From: Eledone cirrhosa
Lineage: Eukaryota
DNA length: 64,000 bases
Reading direction: 5' to 3'
Assembly: GCA_964016885.1 (NCBI GenBank)
Contig: OZ024740.1
Span: 242,854,001-242,918,000, forward strand
Part shown: positions 1 to 11,570 of the stretch, one piece after another
Numbering within the stretch: the first letter of the stretch is position 1
Layout: each line of letters starts with the position of its first letter
The notes under the pieces: generated by a model
What the model saw: only the letters and a program-made list of their open reading frames with translations
What the model was told of the DNA's origin: nothing
The model's database searches: none
Translations under genes and position numbers: made by a program

Positions 1-345
1 CCAGCAGAGCATGCAATATTGTATGCTGTACATAAGTCTCATATTATTTGACTTTCACTCAAAGAAAAACTTAATTTGTTGCCAGCACATATAATAGTGC
101 ACAGAACGCTTCTCATTCCTTCTTACTGTGACTAATGCATTTGGATTACCATCTTCCATTGCTGCTTAGGTCACCTAGGTAAAAAAAAAAAGCTGTTAAC
201 TACTTTTAGGGAGCCTTATGGGTATTTGAAAGAATTTTTTTCATCAACTCTTACTGCTAACTATTCTGGGAGGGACATCTGCTATGTACAAAGTCCTTCA
301 ACTCACTTAATTTCCCTGTAATTGTAATTCATGCCTTGTGTATCC
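1..345 (-). mobile_element. Highly decayed RTE-clade LINE fragment (RT C-terminal region)
   Basis: By-eye DNA similarity to the RTE copies at 3900-4250 and 43500-43850 (e.g. gtcacctaggta...gctgttaactac); no intact ORF. Confidence 0.6.
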
Positions 346-548
346 ATAATTTACCTTTTCTGTATAACAAGCATGGCCACTGCCCAGATGATAGTAGAGT
401 TCAGTATTCACTTTCACAAAAATATTCATCTTTGATAAGTTTACTTTTTGACCACTTGATTCCAATAGGTATCATATCGATATATTTGAGATATTTCATT
501 ATTTATTTTACTTATATAAGCAGAATTTTAATAGGAAGATAACTGCTA

Positions 549-1647
549 CATCATCATCATCACCATCTTACATCCATTTTTCCATGCTAGCATGGGTTAG
601 ACGAGTTGTCCTGTTGTGGGTAATGCTAGGTTATGTGACCATGTCTTGCTCATACAGAATTGATTTGGACTTGGTTTCTACAGCTGAATGCCCTTCTCAA
701 TGCCAATCTCATTTACTGTGAGTACTTTTTGTCATGTTGCCTACACGTCCACTTTACAGTGTGTACTGGGCACTTTTTGTTGTGACACCTACACATCCAC
801 TTTACTGTGTGGGCTGGGTGCTTTATATCGTGACACCTACACGGTCACTTTACAGTGGGAGGGTAGAAGGTAGGGTATACTGAGTGTGTGCTTCAGTTTC
901 GGCCTGTGCCCGTGGAAAGTCGGATCTTCTGTATTAGTGCATAATGCCAGAGATCTTGGTCCTGTGTCATCACCTTTGAGAGGTGCAATTGGGCAAGGTC
1001 AGCTTTTATCACCTCAACCCAAGTCTTCCTAGGTCTCTTCACCCCAAGATTTTCATCGATTTTGAGTGCTCTGCACCTTTTTTTTGCAGTTGTCATCCTT
1101 CAGATGCATCACATGTCCATACCAACATAATCTCCTCTCCTGCACACAGCATTTGATTCCTCTTATGCCTAATCTCTCTCTCAGTTTATTTATGCTTTGC
1201 CGTTCGCGTATACTACTATTATACATCCATCGGAACATGCAAGCTTCATTTCTTTCCAATCTTCGCAAGTCTTCAGCACACAGCGCCCATGTCTCACTAC
1301 CATGCAACATTGCTGTTTGTATGCACGCATCATACAGTCTGCCTTTCATTAAGAGGGAAAAGCTTTTTGTAGCCAGTAGTGGTAGTGGTAGTAGCTCCCT
1401 GAACTTCTTCTATCCCGTTCTTACTCTGGCTACTGTACTTTCAGAATACCCACCACAGCTGCTAATTCAATCACCTAAATAGCAGAAGCTGTCTACTGTT
1501 TCTACAGAGCCCTCCCAGAATTTGGTAGTGCTTGTTTCCTGCGGTCGTTTGCTGCTTACTGTTCCAATGCAACTCCTACATGTGAAGCCTACATTCTTAG
1601 CTAAACTTCCGTAGATCTCACTACATCTCTTGTGTACCCATAGTTTG
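549..1647 (-). mobile_element. 5'-truncated RTE-clade LINE with 3' UTR and (ATG)n tail
   Basis: ORFs 1053-1349 and 893-1096 (KGRLYDACIQTAMLHGSETW, RRLCWYGHV, RPRKTWVEVI) are RTE ORF C-terminal motifs; tail ccatgctagcatgg...gatgatg. Confidence 0.9.
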
Positions 1648-2078
1648 GCTCAACTTATAATAGAATATTATAAGTTGAGCAGAAGCAAGGGATCATCCTG
1701 GTGGGAACTTATAGAGCTTCATATGCAAATGAGATTAATCACCTCATTTACACAGACGAGAAAACTATATATTTTCGCCTGTTTTCAAAGTCCAGTGGTT
1801 ACAAGTGCAGGAGGGATCATCCTGGTGGGAACCAGTTCAGTTCGAAATGCATTAACTATTGTCCCCCTTGCTTCTGCTGGACACCGCCAGGTGGTGATAG
1901 CTTCCGGTGTTTTGTATAGCTACGGCTTTCTAAATGTTTATTTATAAACATACCGTTTATATATATATATATATATGTTGTATTAGGTAATTCTGAAGAA
2001 AAAGCAAAGGAAAAAAGAGTGCTCTATGTATAAAACAGAGCTATTTAATTAGAAAGTGAACAACACAATATATAACTA

Positions 2079-2146
2079 CTCTATTACCAAAGGTTTCTGG
2101 CCCCTAGACAATATTAATATACGTCTGGACCGTTCATCAGACAGAG
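2079..2146 (-). ncRNA. Minimal type I hammerhead ribozyme motif (Penelope-type)
   Basis: Minus strand: CUCUGU-CUGAUGA-stem II (GGUCC/GGGCC, AGAC/GUCU)-GAAA-CC(UUU)GG-UA-AUAGAG. Stem I 6 bp, core intact, base of stem II imperfect. Confidence 0.7.
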
Positions 2147-2149
2147 ATG

Positions 2150-2216
<67 letters not shown>

Positions 2217-2344
2217 TATTGACTTGAATTTTTCATTTTTTCCTCTCTTTACGTTGCCTCACCATTCTTGTCTGTTTACTTGTCTTTCTCTTCTCACCCA
2301 ACTCTCTTTTTATCCCAATAACTTATTTTAGTTATTGTATCGCC

Positions 2345-2409
2345 CTAGGCTGAGGTATATTGTCTGTAATGCGAAGAAATACCCATGATGCCTAGTAGAC
2401 AACTGATGA
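2345..2409 (+). ncRNA. Candidate non-circularly permuted hammerhead ribozyme, copy 1
   Basis: CUAGGC-uga-GGUAU-A-UUGUCU-10nt-GAA-AUACC-6nt-GCCUAG-u-AGACAA-CUGAUGA; same 65-nt layout as the copies at 50289 and 51204, with compensatory changes. Confidence 0.55.
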
Positions 2410-2442
2410 TGGATATTCCTAACTTCTATTTCTAATTATATA

Positions 2443-3205
2443 TCATCATCATCATCATCATCGTTTAACGTCCATCTTCCACACTAGCATGGGTTTAGAC
2501 GGGAATTGTCCCACGTGAGGCAAGATTAGTTGTGTTGCTCGTATAGAACTGTCTGGCGGGTTTTCTACAGCTTGATGCCCTTCCTAAACTCAACCACATT
2601 TACAGTGTGGAACTGGGAGGTTTTTACCGTGTTTCCTACACAGCCACATTACAGCGTGGACTGTGTGTTTCTTTTTGTCGTGACACCTACACAACCTCAT
2701 TTATTTAGGACTGGATGTTGTGGTACCAACATAACTTTACAGAGAAAGGGGTGGTGTAGATAGGGGTGGAGTTAGGGGTAGTGGGATGGGGGTGTATTTT
2801 TGGTTAGGAGGTGCCTACTGACTGTAGGTTTCGCTTTGTACTTATGCAAGGCGGGTCTTCTGTATTACTGCGTAGCACCAAAGATCTCGGTCCAGTGACA
2901 TTGTCTTAGAGACGTGTAAGTGTGTAAGGTCAGAATTTGTCAAGTCGTCCCAGGTTTTTCTGGGTCTACTTACTCCGTAGCTTCCATCAATTTTGATCGC
3001 CTTACACTTTTTTATACAGCTGTCGTCTTTCATGCGTATCACGTGACCATACCAACATAGTCTTCTCTCGAGTAAACAGCATCTGATCCCTCTTATTCCT
3101 AATTTCTCACTTAGTTCATTTATGCTTTGCCATTCACAATTATTACTATTACACATCCAGCGGAGCATGCATGCTTCGTTCCTCTCCAGTTTGCGCAGGT
3201 GTATG
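2443..3205 (-). mobile_element. 5'-truncated RTE LINE with 3' UTR
   Basis: ORF 2842-3225 (LERNEACMLRWMC, RRLCWYGHVIRM, RPRKTWDDL); (ATG)n tail at 2443. Confidence 0.9.
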
Positions 3206-3209
3206 TTAT

Positions 3210-3436
3210 ATTGGTACCAGCCCACTCTGTAAAGTGGTTGTGTAAAAGATGCAGCAAAAAGCAGCCAGCACTCACTGTAAATGTGCTTGGTGCTAGGAAG
3301 GGCATCCAGCTGTAGAAAACCAGCAAGAAACAGTCGTATATGAGCGAGATATGGTCACCTGACCCAACTTGCTTCTATTTGGGATAAACCCGTCTAACCA
3401 TGCTAGCATGGAAGATAGACGTTAAACAATGATGAT
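3210..3436 (+). mobile_element. SINE/RTE 3'-end module fragment
   Basis: aggaagggcatccagctgtagaaa module followed by ccatgctagcatggaagatagacgttaaacaatgatgatg tail. Confidence 0.75.
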
Positions 3437-3461
3437 GTGTATATACATATATGTATGTATA

Positions 3462-6105
3462 TCATCATTATCGTCATTATCATGATTTTACGTTCGCTTT
3501 TCCTAACTTGCAAAGGTGGGACGAGTCCTCTTCAGCACAGCATCTCTTCATTTGTCATGTTCCTTCGTCATCTTCTCTGTGAGATTCAGCAACCTGAGAT
3601 CTGCTCTCACCACCTCCACTCATGTTTTTCATGGTCTTCCTCTACTGTGTCTTCCTTCCACTGTGATTTCATGGCACTTCTTCACCCAGCAGTCATCTTC
3701 CATGCACATCACATGGCCATACCAACATAGTCTTCTCTCCTGCATACCACAACTTATCCCTCTTATACCCAGTTTCTTTCTCAATTCATCCATGCTTGGT
3801 CATACACACACATTGACATTGCACATCCAACAGAGCATGCTTGCTTCATTTCTCTCCAGCCTTCACATATCATTCACAGTTACTACCCATGTCTCACTAC
3901 TATGCAGCATCACGCATCTCACACAGGCATCATACAACCGACCCTTTGTTCATTGGGAGAAACCTTTCATTGTCAACAGAAGAAGCAGCTCCCTAAACCT
4001 CTTCCATCCTGTCCTTATTCTAGATACTATGGCCTCGGAGCATCCACCTCCCTTGCTAATCTGATCACCTAGGTATCGGAAGCTATCAACCACCTCTATA
4101 GATCCTACCTGCATTTGAAAAATGTGCCTATCACTGACACTTCTACTATCAATTTTCCCTGAACATCTATTACATATGAAGTTTTCCTTTCCTGTTAGTT
4201 TGCCTGCTATCCCACTACATCTCTTGTGTATCCAAGATCTGCATTGTCTACATTCTATAGAGTTTATGCCAACGTCTTTCCTACATATCGAGCATGGCCA
4301 TTCAGAATTAGAGTTTTGTCCTCTTTGCTACTTATCAACACTTTAGTCTTTGCTAGGTTCATTCTCAGTCCTCTTGATTCCAACTGCTGTTTCCACAGCC
4401 AGAATTTATTCTCTAGCTCCTCTACTGATTCTGCTATAAGTACCAGATTATCAGTATAGAGAAGTTCCCATCGGCAGCCAGTCTTAAACTCCTCTGAAAT
4501 GGCTTGGAGAACTATAATGAATAATAGTGGGCTGAGGACTGAACCCTGATGAACTCCTACTTGTATCTGGAATTCCTCACTAAACTACATTCCTACTTTC
4601 ACTTTACTGACAGCTCCTCTGTACATAGCTTGCACTGTCCTCACAAGCCATTCCTCTATACCTAGTTTCCTTAGGGACCACCAGATGACAGATCAGGCTA
4701 CTCTATCAAAGGCCTTCTCTAGGTCAACAAAAGCCAAATATAATGGCTTATTCGTCTCTAAAATCCCCTCTTGTAATTGTCTCACCAAGAAGAGGGCATC
4801 TGTTGTACTTTTCCTAGGCACAAAACCAAACTGCATCTCATTTAATTTGTCTCTTTCTCTAATTAGTTGTGCTAGCACTCTTTCTATCACTTTAATAACC
4901 TGATCCACAAGTTTTATGCCCCTATAATCGTTAATCTCCATAGCATCCCCTTTATCTTATAGCAATTAACTGCTGCGCCAATCTTGGGGTATGACTCCGC
5001 CATATATAACTTGATTGACTATGTGAGCAACCAGTTTAGTTCCTACTTCTCCTGATTCCTTCAACATCTCAGCAACTAACCCTGACAGTCCAGCGGCCTT
5101 ACCACTTTTCATTTCCTTAATTGCCTCTTTGACCCTTTACTCATCAACCTCAATAGCTGGTCCTTCTGTTGGGTCTGTTGGTGGTAGTTTCTCTCTCTCC
5201 CATTCATTCTCATCATTCATCAGTCTCTCATAATGACATTTCCAGCCTCCTTTTTCTGAGCAGCAGTGACACTAAGTGCACCAGCATCATTTCGGACACA
5301 CTTATCTCCAACAACATCCTGATTTACACTAACACACTGCCTCATGATCTGATCCTCTCGTCACAGAACATTGACAAGCCTCCTACTCTCAGCTTCCCTT
5401 TGTACTATGTATGCCTAACGTCTAGCTTCTCTTTTAGCGGCTGAGTATCGGTTTCTACTTCCACCATTTTTTCAATCCTTCCATGTTTGTCTTTTGTCTT
5501 TAATGGCTCTATCTAATGTGTTGTTCTACCACCAAGTCATCCCCTGTCTGATTGGAGCTTTGCTCCAGACACAAGTCTCTTCAGTTGCATGCAGTAGGTT
5601 GTCACGTAAGAACTTCCAATTATCTTTTATATCATACAATTCTAATTGGTCTTCTTTCTCTCATACATATCTTGTAGGGCTTTCCTAAACTTATATTTAA
5701 GTGAAAGGTCCTTTAGCTTCCAGACTTTCATTTTCCGTACTTTCTTGTGTGTTTCATTCTGTCTCTTGGTTATTGAAATGTCACTAATGACTCACCTATG
5801 TTGGGGGGGTACATTCTTCCTCAGGGTAAGCCTTAGTATTCATAACCATGTCTGTCTCGTTGCCTAACAAGCAAGAAATCAATCTGGCTTATGTGCTTGC
5901 CTGATTGGTAGGTGATTAGGTGGTTGGCAGGTTTCCTGAAGTTAGTGTTGCAAAGAGTTAGTTCACTTGCATCCCAAAATTCAAGAAGCCTCACTCCTTC
6001 TTCGTTTCTTGAGCCATAACCATAACCATGATGTACCCCAGTGTATCCATCCTGGAGCTGTCCAACATGACTATTGAAGTCACCTGCTAGTATGACTAGG
6101 TCTCT
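3462..6105 (-). mobile_element. RTE-clade LINE, partial APE endonuclease plus RT, multiply disabled
   Basis: ORF 5833-6117 (LAGDFNSHVG, SQIDFLLV = APE); ORF 4693-4941 (YRGIKL, QFGFVP, AFVDLEKAFDRV = RT); tail ...gcgaacgtaaaatcatgataatg. Confidence 0.92.
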
Positions 6106-6130
6106 ATATATACCCATATATACATATATA

Positions 6131-9100
6131 TCCTTGGTTGTCCATCGTAAACGATGATGACATCTTCTTTATTTTAGTTCCCGTCTGCCATGGGCACGAA
6201 GGTGGCTGTGGAGGCCGATCCTTAACTTGCAGGTCTGTGGACAGTGGGGGCAGGGGAAGAGACCGGAGTCACTTGGGGCAGCTGTTGATGCCTTTCTCCT
6301 CCTTTCACGCACCTCAGTGACCTCTGTCCGTCTCTTCTCTTCAAAAGAGTCTTTGGCGCGTCTGGTAAGGGCTCGCCACTCAGTCCTGTCCTGAGCATGG
6401 GACTCGAGTTGTTTTGGCGCGATTCCAGTGTTGTTGATACTGGACTTCACGCAGTCTTTGAACCTCTTGAGAAGCCTGCCCCGCTTTCGTTTCCCCGAAC
6501 AGAATTCCCCATACATCAGTTGCTTCGGAAGCCTGTGATCATCAATCTGGATGACATGTCCCACCCATCAAAGTCAGCTCTTCAGTATCATAGCTTCGAC
6601 ACTGGTTGTCCCAGCCATGTCAAGAACTTCGAGGTTGGAGACCTTGACCTACCATTTGATGTTCATGATTGACTGCAGGCTGCGCATGTGGAACTGTTCC
6701 AGCTGGTTCAGGTGCCTTCTGTACAGGGTCCATATCTCATATCCGTAGAGGAGGCTGGTGAGAACAACAGCCCTGTACACCTTGAGCTTGGTGGACTGCC
6801 TGATGTTATGCTGGTTCAGGACAAGTGTCCTCAGGCAGCCAAGGGTTTGACTAGCCTTGCAGATCCTGGCGTTTATCTCCTTGTCGAGGCATCCATCGCT
6901 GCTGATGACACTGCCGTCTTTAGCTGGGTGCCTCCATCTTTAGCTGGGTGCCTCCGATGGATGGAGGGTGGGCGACGGAGGCAGGTGCAGGCTGGAACAG
7001 GACCTCAGTCTTGCCAAGGCTAACTGTGAGACCGAAGAGGCAGGAGGCCTCCACGAACTTGTTGACAATGACTTGGAGGTCAGACTCCCTGTGGGCCATG
7101 AGGACACAGTCGTCAGCAAAAAGTGCCTCCAGGACGATCCTCTGCACGGTCCATGTCTTGGCCATTAGGTGCCGCAGGTCAAACAGAGAGCCGTCCAGTC
7201 TGTATTGCAGATACACTCCGTGCTCAAGGTCCCTGACAGCATGATTGAGCACGCAGGTGAAGAACAGGTTGAAGAGGACAGGAGCCAGCACGCATCCTTG
7301 CTTGACACCGTTGGTGATTTGGAACGACTCTGATGCCTCTCCGCCCGAGCGCACCTGCCCGGTCATGTTGTCATGGAATTGCCGTATCAGGTTCACAAAC
7401 TTTGTTGGGCACAAAAAAAAATTCATCGACCAGAGGGCGTCCATGTTGACAGTGTCGAAAGCCTTCATCAAGTCTATAAAGACGGCAAAGAGGTCCATGT
7501 TCTGCTCAACACACTTCTCCTGCATCTGGCGTACATAGATCATGTCGATCGTGCTGCGGTTTGGGTGGAACCCACACTGGGCCTCAGGAAGGTTGTCTTC
7601 CGAGATGTTGGCGATGAGGCGGTTGAGCACGACCTGAGCCAGGATCTTCCCAGGAGAGAAATGCCCTGATAGTTGCCACAGTCAGTTTTGCTGCCTTTGT
7701 TCTTAAAAAGCGAGACAACTGTGGCATCCCTGAAGTCTTTGGGCACCTCTTCTTCCTCCCATATGCTGACGAGGAGGGTGTGGAAGGCCCCCAGGGCAGC
7801 TGGACCGGCCGACTTGAAGATCTCGGCAGGAATCCCGTCCTTCCCAGGGGCCTTTCCTGAGCTGGTCTGGTTGATTGCGTTCATGACTTCATCCAACGGG
7901 GGGGGGGGGAGGTCGAGGCTGCCGACTATGGGCTTCTGTGGGACCTGGTCAAGAGCGGCAGGGTCGACAATGGAGGGCCTGTTGAGCAGGTTGCTAAAGT
8001 GCTCTCTCCACCTCGAGTTGATGCTGCTCTTCTCCTTCAGCAGGATCGAGCCGTCAGCAGACAGCAGCAGTGTGGTGACAGGCTTGGGGGTCCGTAGACG
8101 TCCACGATGACGCTGAAGAACATCTTGGAGTTCTTTATGTCAGCAGATCTCTCGACTTCTTCAGCCTTCTTTTCCCACCTCCCACCATTTGTCCTGCATT
8201 CTGCTTCGAGGTGGAGGAGCTGTCATTCTGCCATTCAATGAAAGCCCACCTCTTCTCGTCCAGGATTTGTCTGATGCGCTCATCGTTTTCATCAAACCGT
8301 CCTGGTGGACTCTCTTCCTCGGCCCGATGGTTGCCTTGGCTGACTCTGTCACCAGCGACTGAACTGGTCCCACTGTTGAGTTGGGGGTCCGGTCAGTGCT
8401 CCATGGGCAGTCAGCCGGCCATCCAGGTCTTCCGTGAATGCATCACGATGCTCTGGCTGCTTGAGTCGTGCGACGTCGAAAGCTGGTCTACAGACTTTTG
8501 GAGTCTTGCGATGTGTCGGGGTGATGTGCAGTGATAGGATGGTCCTGACAAGGCGATGGTGGGTCCAACACTCTGCACCACGCATGGCCCTGGTGATTTT
8601 GACGTCACGGATGTCCCTCCTGCGGCATATGGCAAAGTCAATCAGATGCCACTGTTTGGATCTGCGGTGCATCCATGTCATCTTGAACTTGTCTGCCTGG
8701 CATAACAGTGTGCTGGTGAGGTCGTTCTCGGCGCATAAACTCAACAGTATGAGGCCGTTAGAATTCAGCTTCCTTCTGCCGTGAGGTCCCAGCACGCCTC
8801 TCCAGTTGCTGCTGTCAGACCCGACTCTTGCGTTGAAGTCTCCCAGTAGGATGAGTTTATCGCTTGGGAAGACACCCTTCAAGAATGCATTGAATTCCCC
8901 GTAGAAAGCGTCCTTTGCTTCATCGCTGCTGATGACTGTGACATGCCGAAATGGGTCGAGGGGGAAGCGGAGCTTCATCAGCCGCTCACTCACAGGTGTT
9001 GGGAGGTCTGGTAGCTGCTTGCAGAGTGAAGTCCTGGTGGCCAGGCATACCCTGTGGATTCTGTCCTCGTCCTTTGCATTGCCCTTCCAGAAGAAGGTGT

Positions 9101-9578
9101 AGCCTTCTTTCGGTTCTGCTACTGATCCTTCTTCGGCAAGTCTGGTCTCGCTGAGGGCGGCTATGTCGAACCGGTAGCAAGCTAATTCCCTTGCTATGAG
9201 GGCAGTTCTTCTCTTTGGCCTCAAGGAGGTTTCCCTATCCATGAGGGTGCACACATTCCATGCACCAAGAATCAAGTTCTTCTTTCTATTATGTTGGTTT
9301 CGACCGCTTGGAAGGGTAAAACCGCCAGCCGCGGTAGACTGGTCGACTTTGTGTAGGACGACCATTTGGTTAGGGTTCCTTTTATCGCCCCTCCCCCTGT
9401 GCGAGGGTGAGCAGTGCTCCCCTGAAAAGGGCTGCTCAGTCACCCAGTGGAACGCCTGATCTCCTCTGTCATCCCAGGGTCAGGAGGAGAATGACTTGCG
9501 CATCCAGGCCACCCACATGTGGGTTTGAGACTGGCAACTCCCAGAGGTTACCTCCACCTGTTACCTCCGCCTCTCGCC
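6131..9578 (-). mobile_element. Near full-length RTE-BovB-like LINE (pseudogenised by frameshifts)
   Basis: 8349-9443 APE (GAWNV, ALSETR, LLGDFNARVG, HLIDF); 6920-7896 RT (QCGF, GVKQGCVLAP, LFADD); 6169-6564 C-terminus with C2H2 finger CPHC...HSHLRAH; GC-rich relative to flanks. Confidence 0.95.
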
Positions 9579-9617
9579 ACATATATATACATACATACAT
9601 ATACATATATATATAAT

Positions 9618-9961
9618 GGAGGCACATGGCTTAGTGGTTAGAGCATTGGCCTTGCAATCGAAAGGGTGTGAGTTCAATTCTCAGACCGGGTGATGCGTTG
9701 TTTCCTTGAGCAAGACACTTTATTTCACATTGCTCCAGTTTACTCAGCTGTAGAAATGAGATGATAGGGACTGGGGTCCATATCATTCCACTGCAAAGTG
9801 GTCGTAGAGGTGCCACGGCAAAAAAGCACCCAACACTCACTGTAAATGAGGTTGGTGTTAGGAAGGGCATCCAGCTGTAGAAATCAAGAAAGAATCAGTT
9901 CCCGTCCCACCCTTGCAAGCAGGGAAAAAGCGGACGTAAAATGAAATGATGATGATGATGA
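9618..9961 (+). mobile_element. tRNA-derived SINE with CORE-like domain and RTE-derived tail (family A)
   Basis: A box tggcttagtgg, B box gagttcaattctc; ccttgagcaagacactt...cagtttactcagctgtagaaatg resembles the MIR/CORE domain; RTE tail plus (ATG)n; near-identical copy at 13179. Confidence 0.9.
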
Positions 9962-10004
9962 TATATATATATAGAAGTGGTTACACAACAGTTAGTTCAC
10001 CAGA

Positions 10005-10044
10005 CCGAGAACAATTGTTTCACCTTCGCGGATCTTCAGCTCGG
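10005..10044 (-). ncRNA. Minimal hammerhead motif, left arm of palindrome
   Basis: CCGAG-CUGAAGA-UCCGCGAAGGU-GAAA-CAAUUG-UU-CUCGG; perfect 5-bp stem I; palindromic stem III. Confidence 0.7.
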
Positions 10045-10048
10045 GATC

Positions 10049-10088
10049 CCGATCTGAAGATCTGCGAAGGTGAAACAATTGTTCTCGG
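10049..10088 (+). ncRNA. Minimal hammerhead motif, right arm of palindrome
   Basis: CCGAU-CUGAAGA-UCUGCGAAGGU-GAAA-CAAUUG-UU-CUCGG; core-proximal stem I pair mismatched. Confidence 0.6.
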
Positions 10089-10197
10089 TATGGTGAACTA
10101 ACTGTTGTGTAACCACTTCTACCTAACTCGTCCCTTGGACTGAGTTCTCTACCACTACGGATATTACCTTCCAGTGTTCTACCTCTATATATATATA

Positions 10198-10850
10198 CTT
10201 CTTCTTCTTCTTCTGCTTCTTCTTCTTCTTCACCCACTTATTCCTCAGAGGAACGTGGGTACTGAGTCCTCAAACACACCTTCCAGAGGGTCCTATCAGA
10301 AACAACCATTTCCAAATGATCTGGTTGGATCCCCAAGCAAAATCAGCCAACTCATGGATCTTATCCAACGATCTTGCTCTGGGTTTCCCCTTGGTTTCCT
10401 GTCAGCTGGATTTGCCCATAAAATCAGTCCAGCAATTCTTTCCTGAGACATTCTAACCACAGGCCCATAGTACCAGAGCTGTGATCTCTCAATTTGGATA
10501 AGTATCAGCTCTATCTGAAGTGACTTTCTAATCTCCTACTTGTATGGCCACTTGTATTCATAATCGTATTCTTTTGGTCATTATCCAAGATTCATGACCT
10601 TAGGTAAAGGTTGGTATGAATACAGAATTAAAGATAGCGAGTTTGGCTTTTACACATACCTCTCTTCTTCTGATTACTGAATGTTGAAGCTGGCGCATTA
10701 CTGCAGCAGCTCCTGTAATTCTTGCAATTAATTCAGCCCCCCTACCTTCTATCACTTATGAACATCATCCCGAGATACTTGAACTTTTCTACCTGCTTCA
10801 GTGGACCACCGATTCCTGGTGGAACATGGCCATATGCCTTTTCATGGTCT
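10198..10850 (-). mobile_element. 3' fragment of a (GAA)n-tailed RTE-clade LINE
   Basis: (TTC)n at 10198-10230; minus-strand remnants of KQVEKFKYLG and GHVVRM...RPTG.KPRG.P motifs; same family as 15926-16270. Confidence 0.75.
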
Positions 10851-11229
10851 ACAAAGCAAAAATATGAATTAAGTTGTCATTGTTATTATCTTATCCATAC
10901 ATACTCCACTTACTTGCCATTAGCACCTTTTTAATTATTTCCCCCTTCTGAAGTCTGTTTTTCCCATGATACTCTTGTTCCTTTCTTCATTACTCCCTGC
11001 CATGACTGTCTTTCTTTCGTAATACCCTTCCATTACTATATCTGTACAATTATTCCTTCCAGTAGAGTATCTCTCATCACTCTCTCCTGTACCACCTTTC
11101 ATTCAAATTCTTCTGTCTCTTCCATCATGCTCTTCACCTACTCACTCGGGTTCTTCTCTCTCTTTTATTCACTTTCTTGGTTTCACTGCTTCAAATGAAT
11201 GTAAACAATTTTGAGTAATGCACACTATT

Positions 11230-11570
11230 TAGTATTGCAGGATTCAAAGCAACTCACTAATGTTAGTGCCACAATAAAATGCATCTAATACACCCTGTAA
11301 AGACATTGGTAAACAAGTGAAGACAATGTAGGGTAAATAGAATCTTTTAGAACAGCCACTGGCATTACAACCCAATGTACTCTGTAAAATTGTTGGTATT
11401 AGGAATGGCATTCAGCTGCAACACCTGTACAAAAAATGGAATGTACAAATTGGAAATAGTCCACTGACCCAACAAGAAGAGAAATAACTATAAATAAGAA
11501 TTTACATCCAACCCATGCTAGCACGAAAATTGGATGTACGATGATAATGATAATGATGATGATGGTGGAG
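11230..11570 (+). mobile_element. Decayed RTE/SINE 3' module with tail
   Basis: gtattaggaatggcattcagctg...acccatgctagcacgaaaattggatgtacgatgataatg. Confidence 0.6.

Larger units (their letters stand above)
9972..10121. repeat. 150-bp spacerless palindrome (75-bp arms, 3 mismatches), probably Penelope-like inverted terminal repeats
   Basis: Arms checked base by base; centre tcggga|tcccga at 10046/10047; segment flanked by (TA)n. Confidence 0.95.

Noticed and set aside
1066-8784. Numerous plus-strand ORFs
   Set aside because: Antisense shadows of minus-strand RTE coding sequence
9430-9578. HDV-like ribozyme at the 5' end of the BovB-like LINE
   Set aside because: Expected for the clade, but I could not assign the nested double pseudoknot by eye
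9618-9690. tRNA gene
   Set aside because: A/B boxes are present, but it continues into SINE body and tail, occurs in multiple copies and has no convincing acceptor stem
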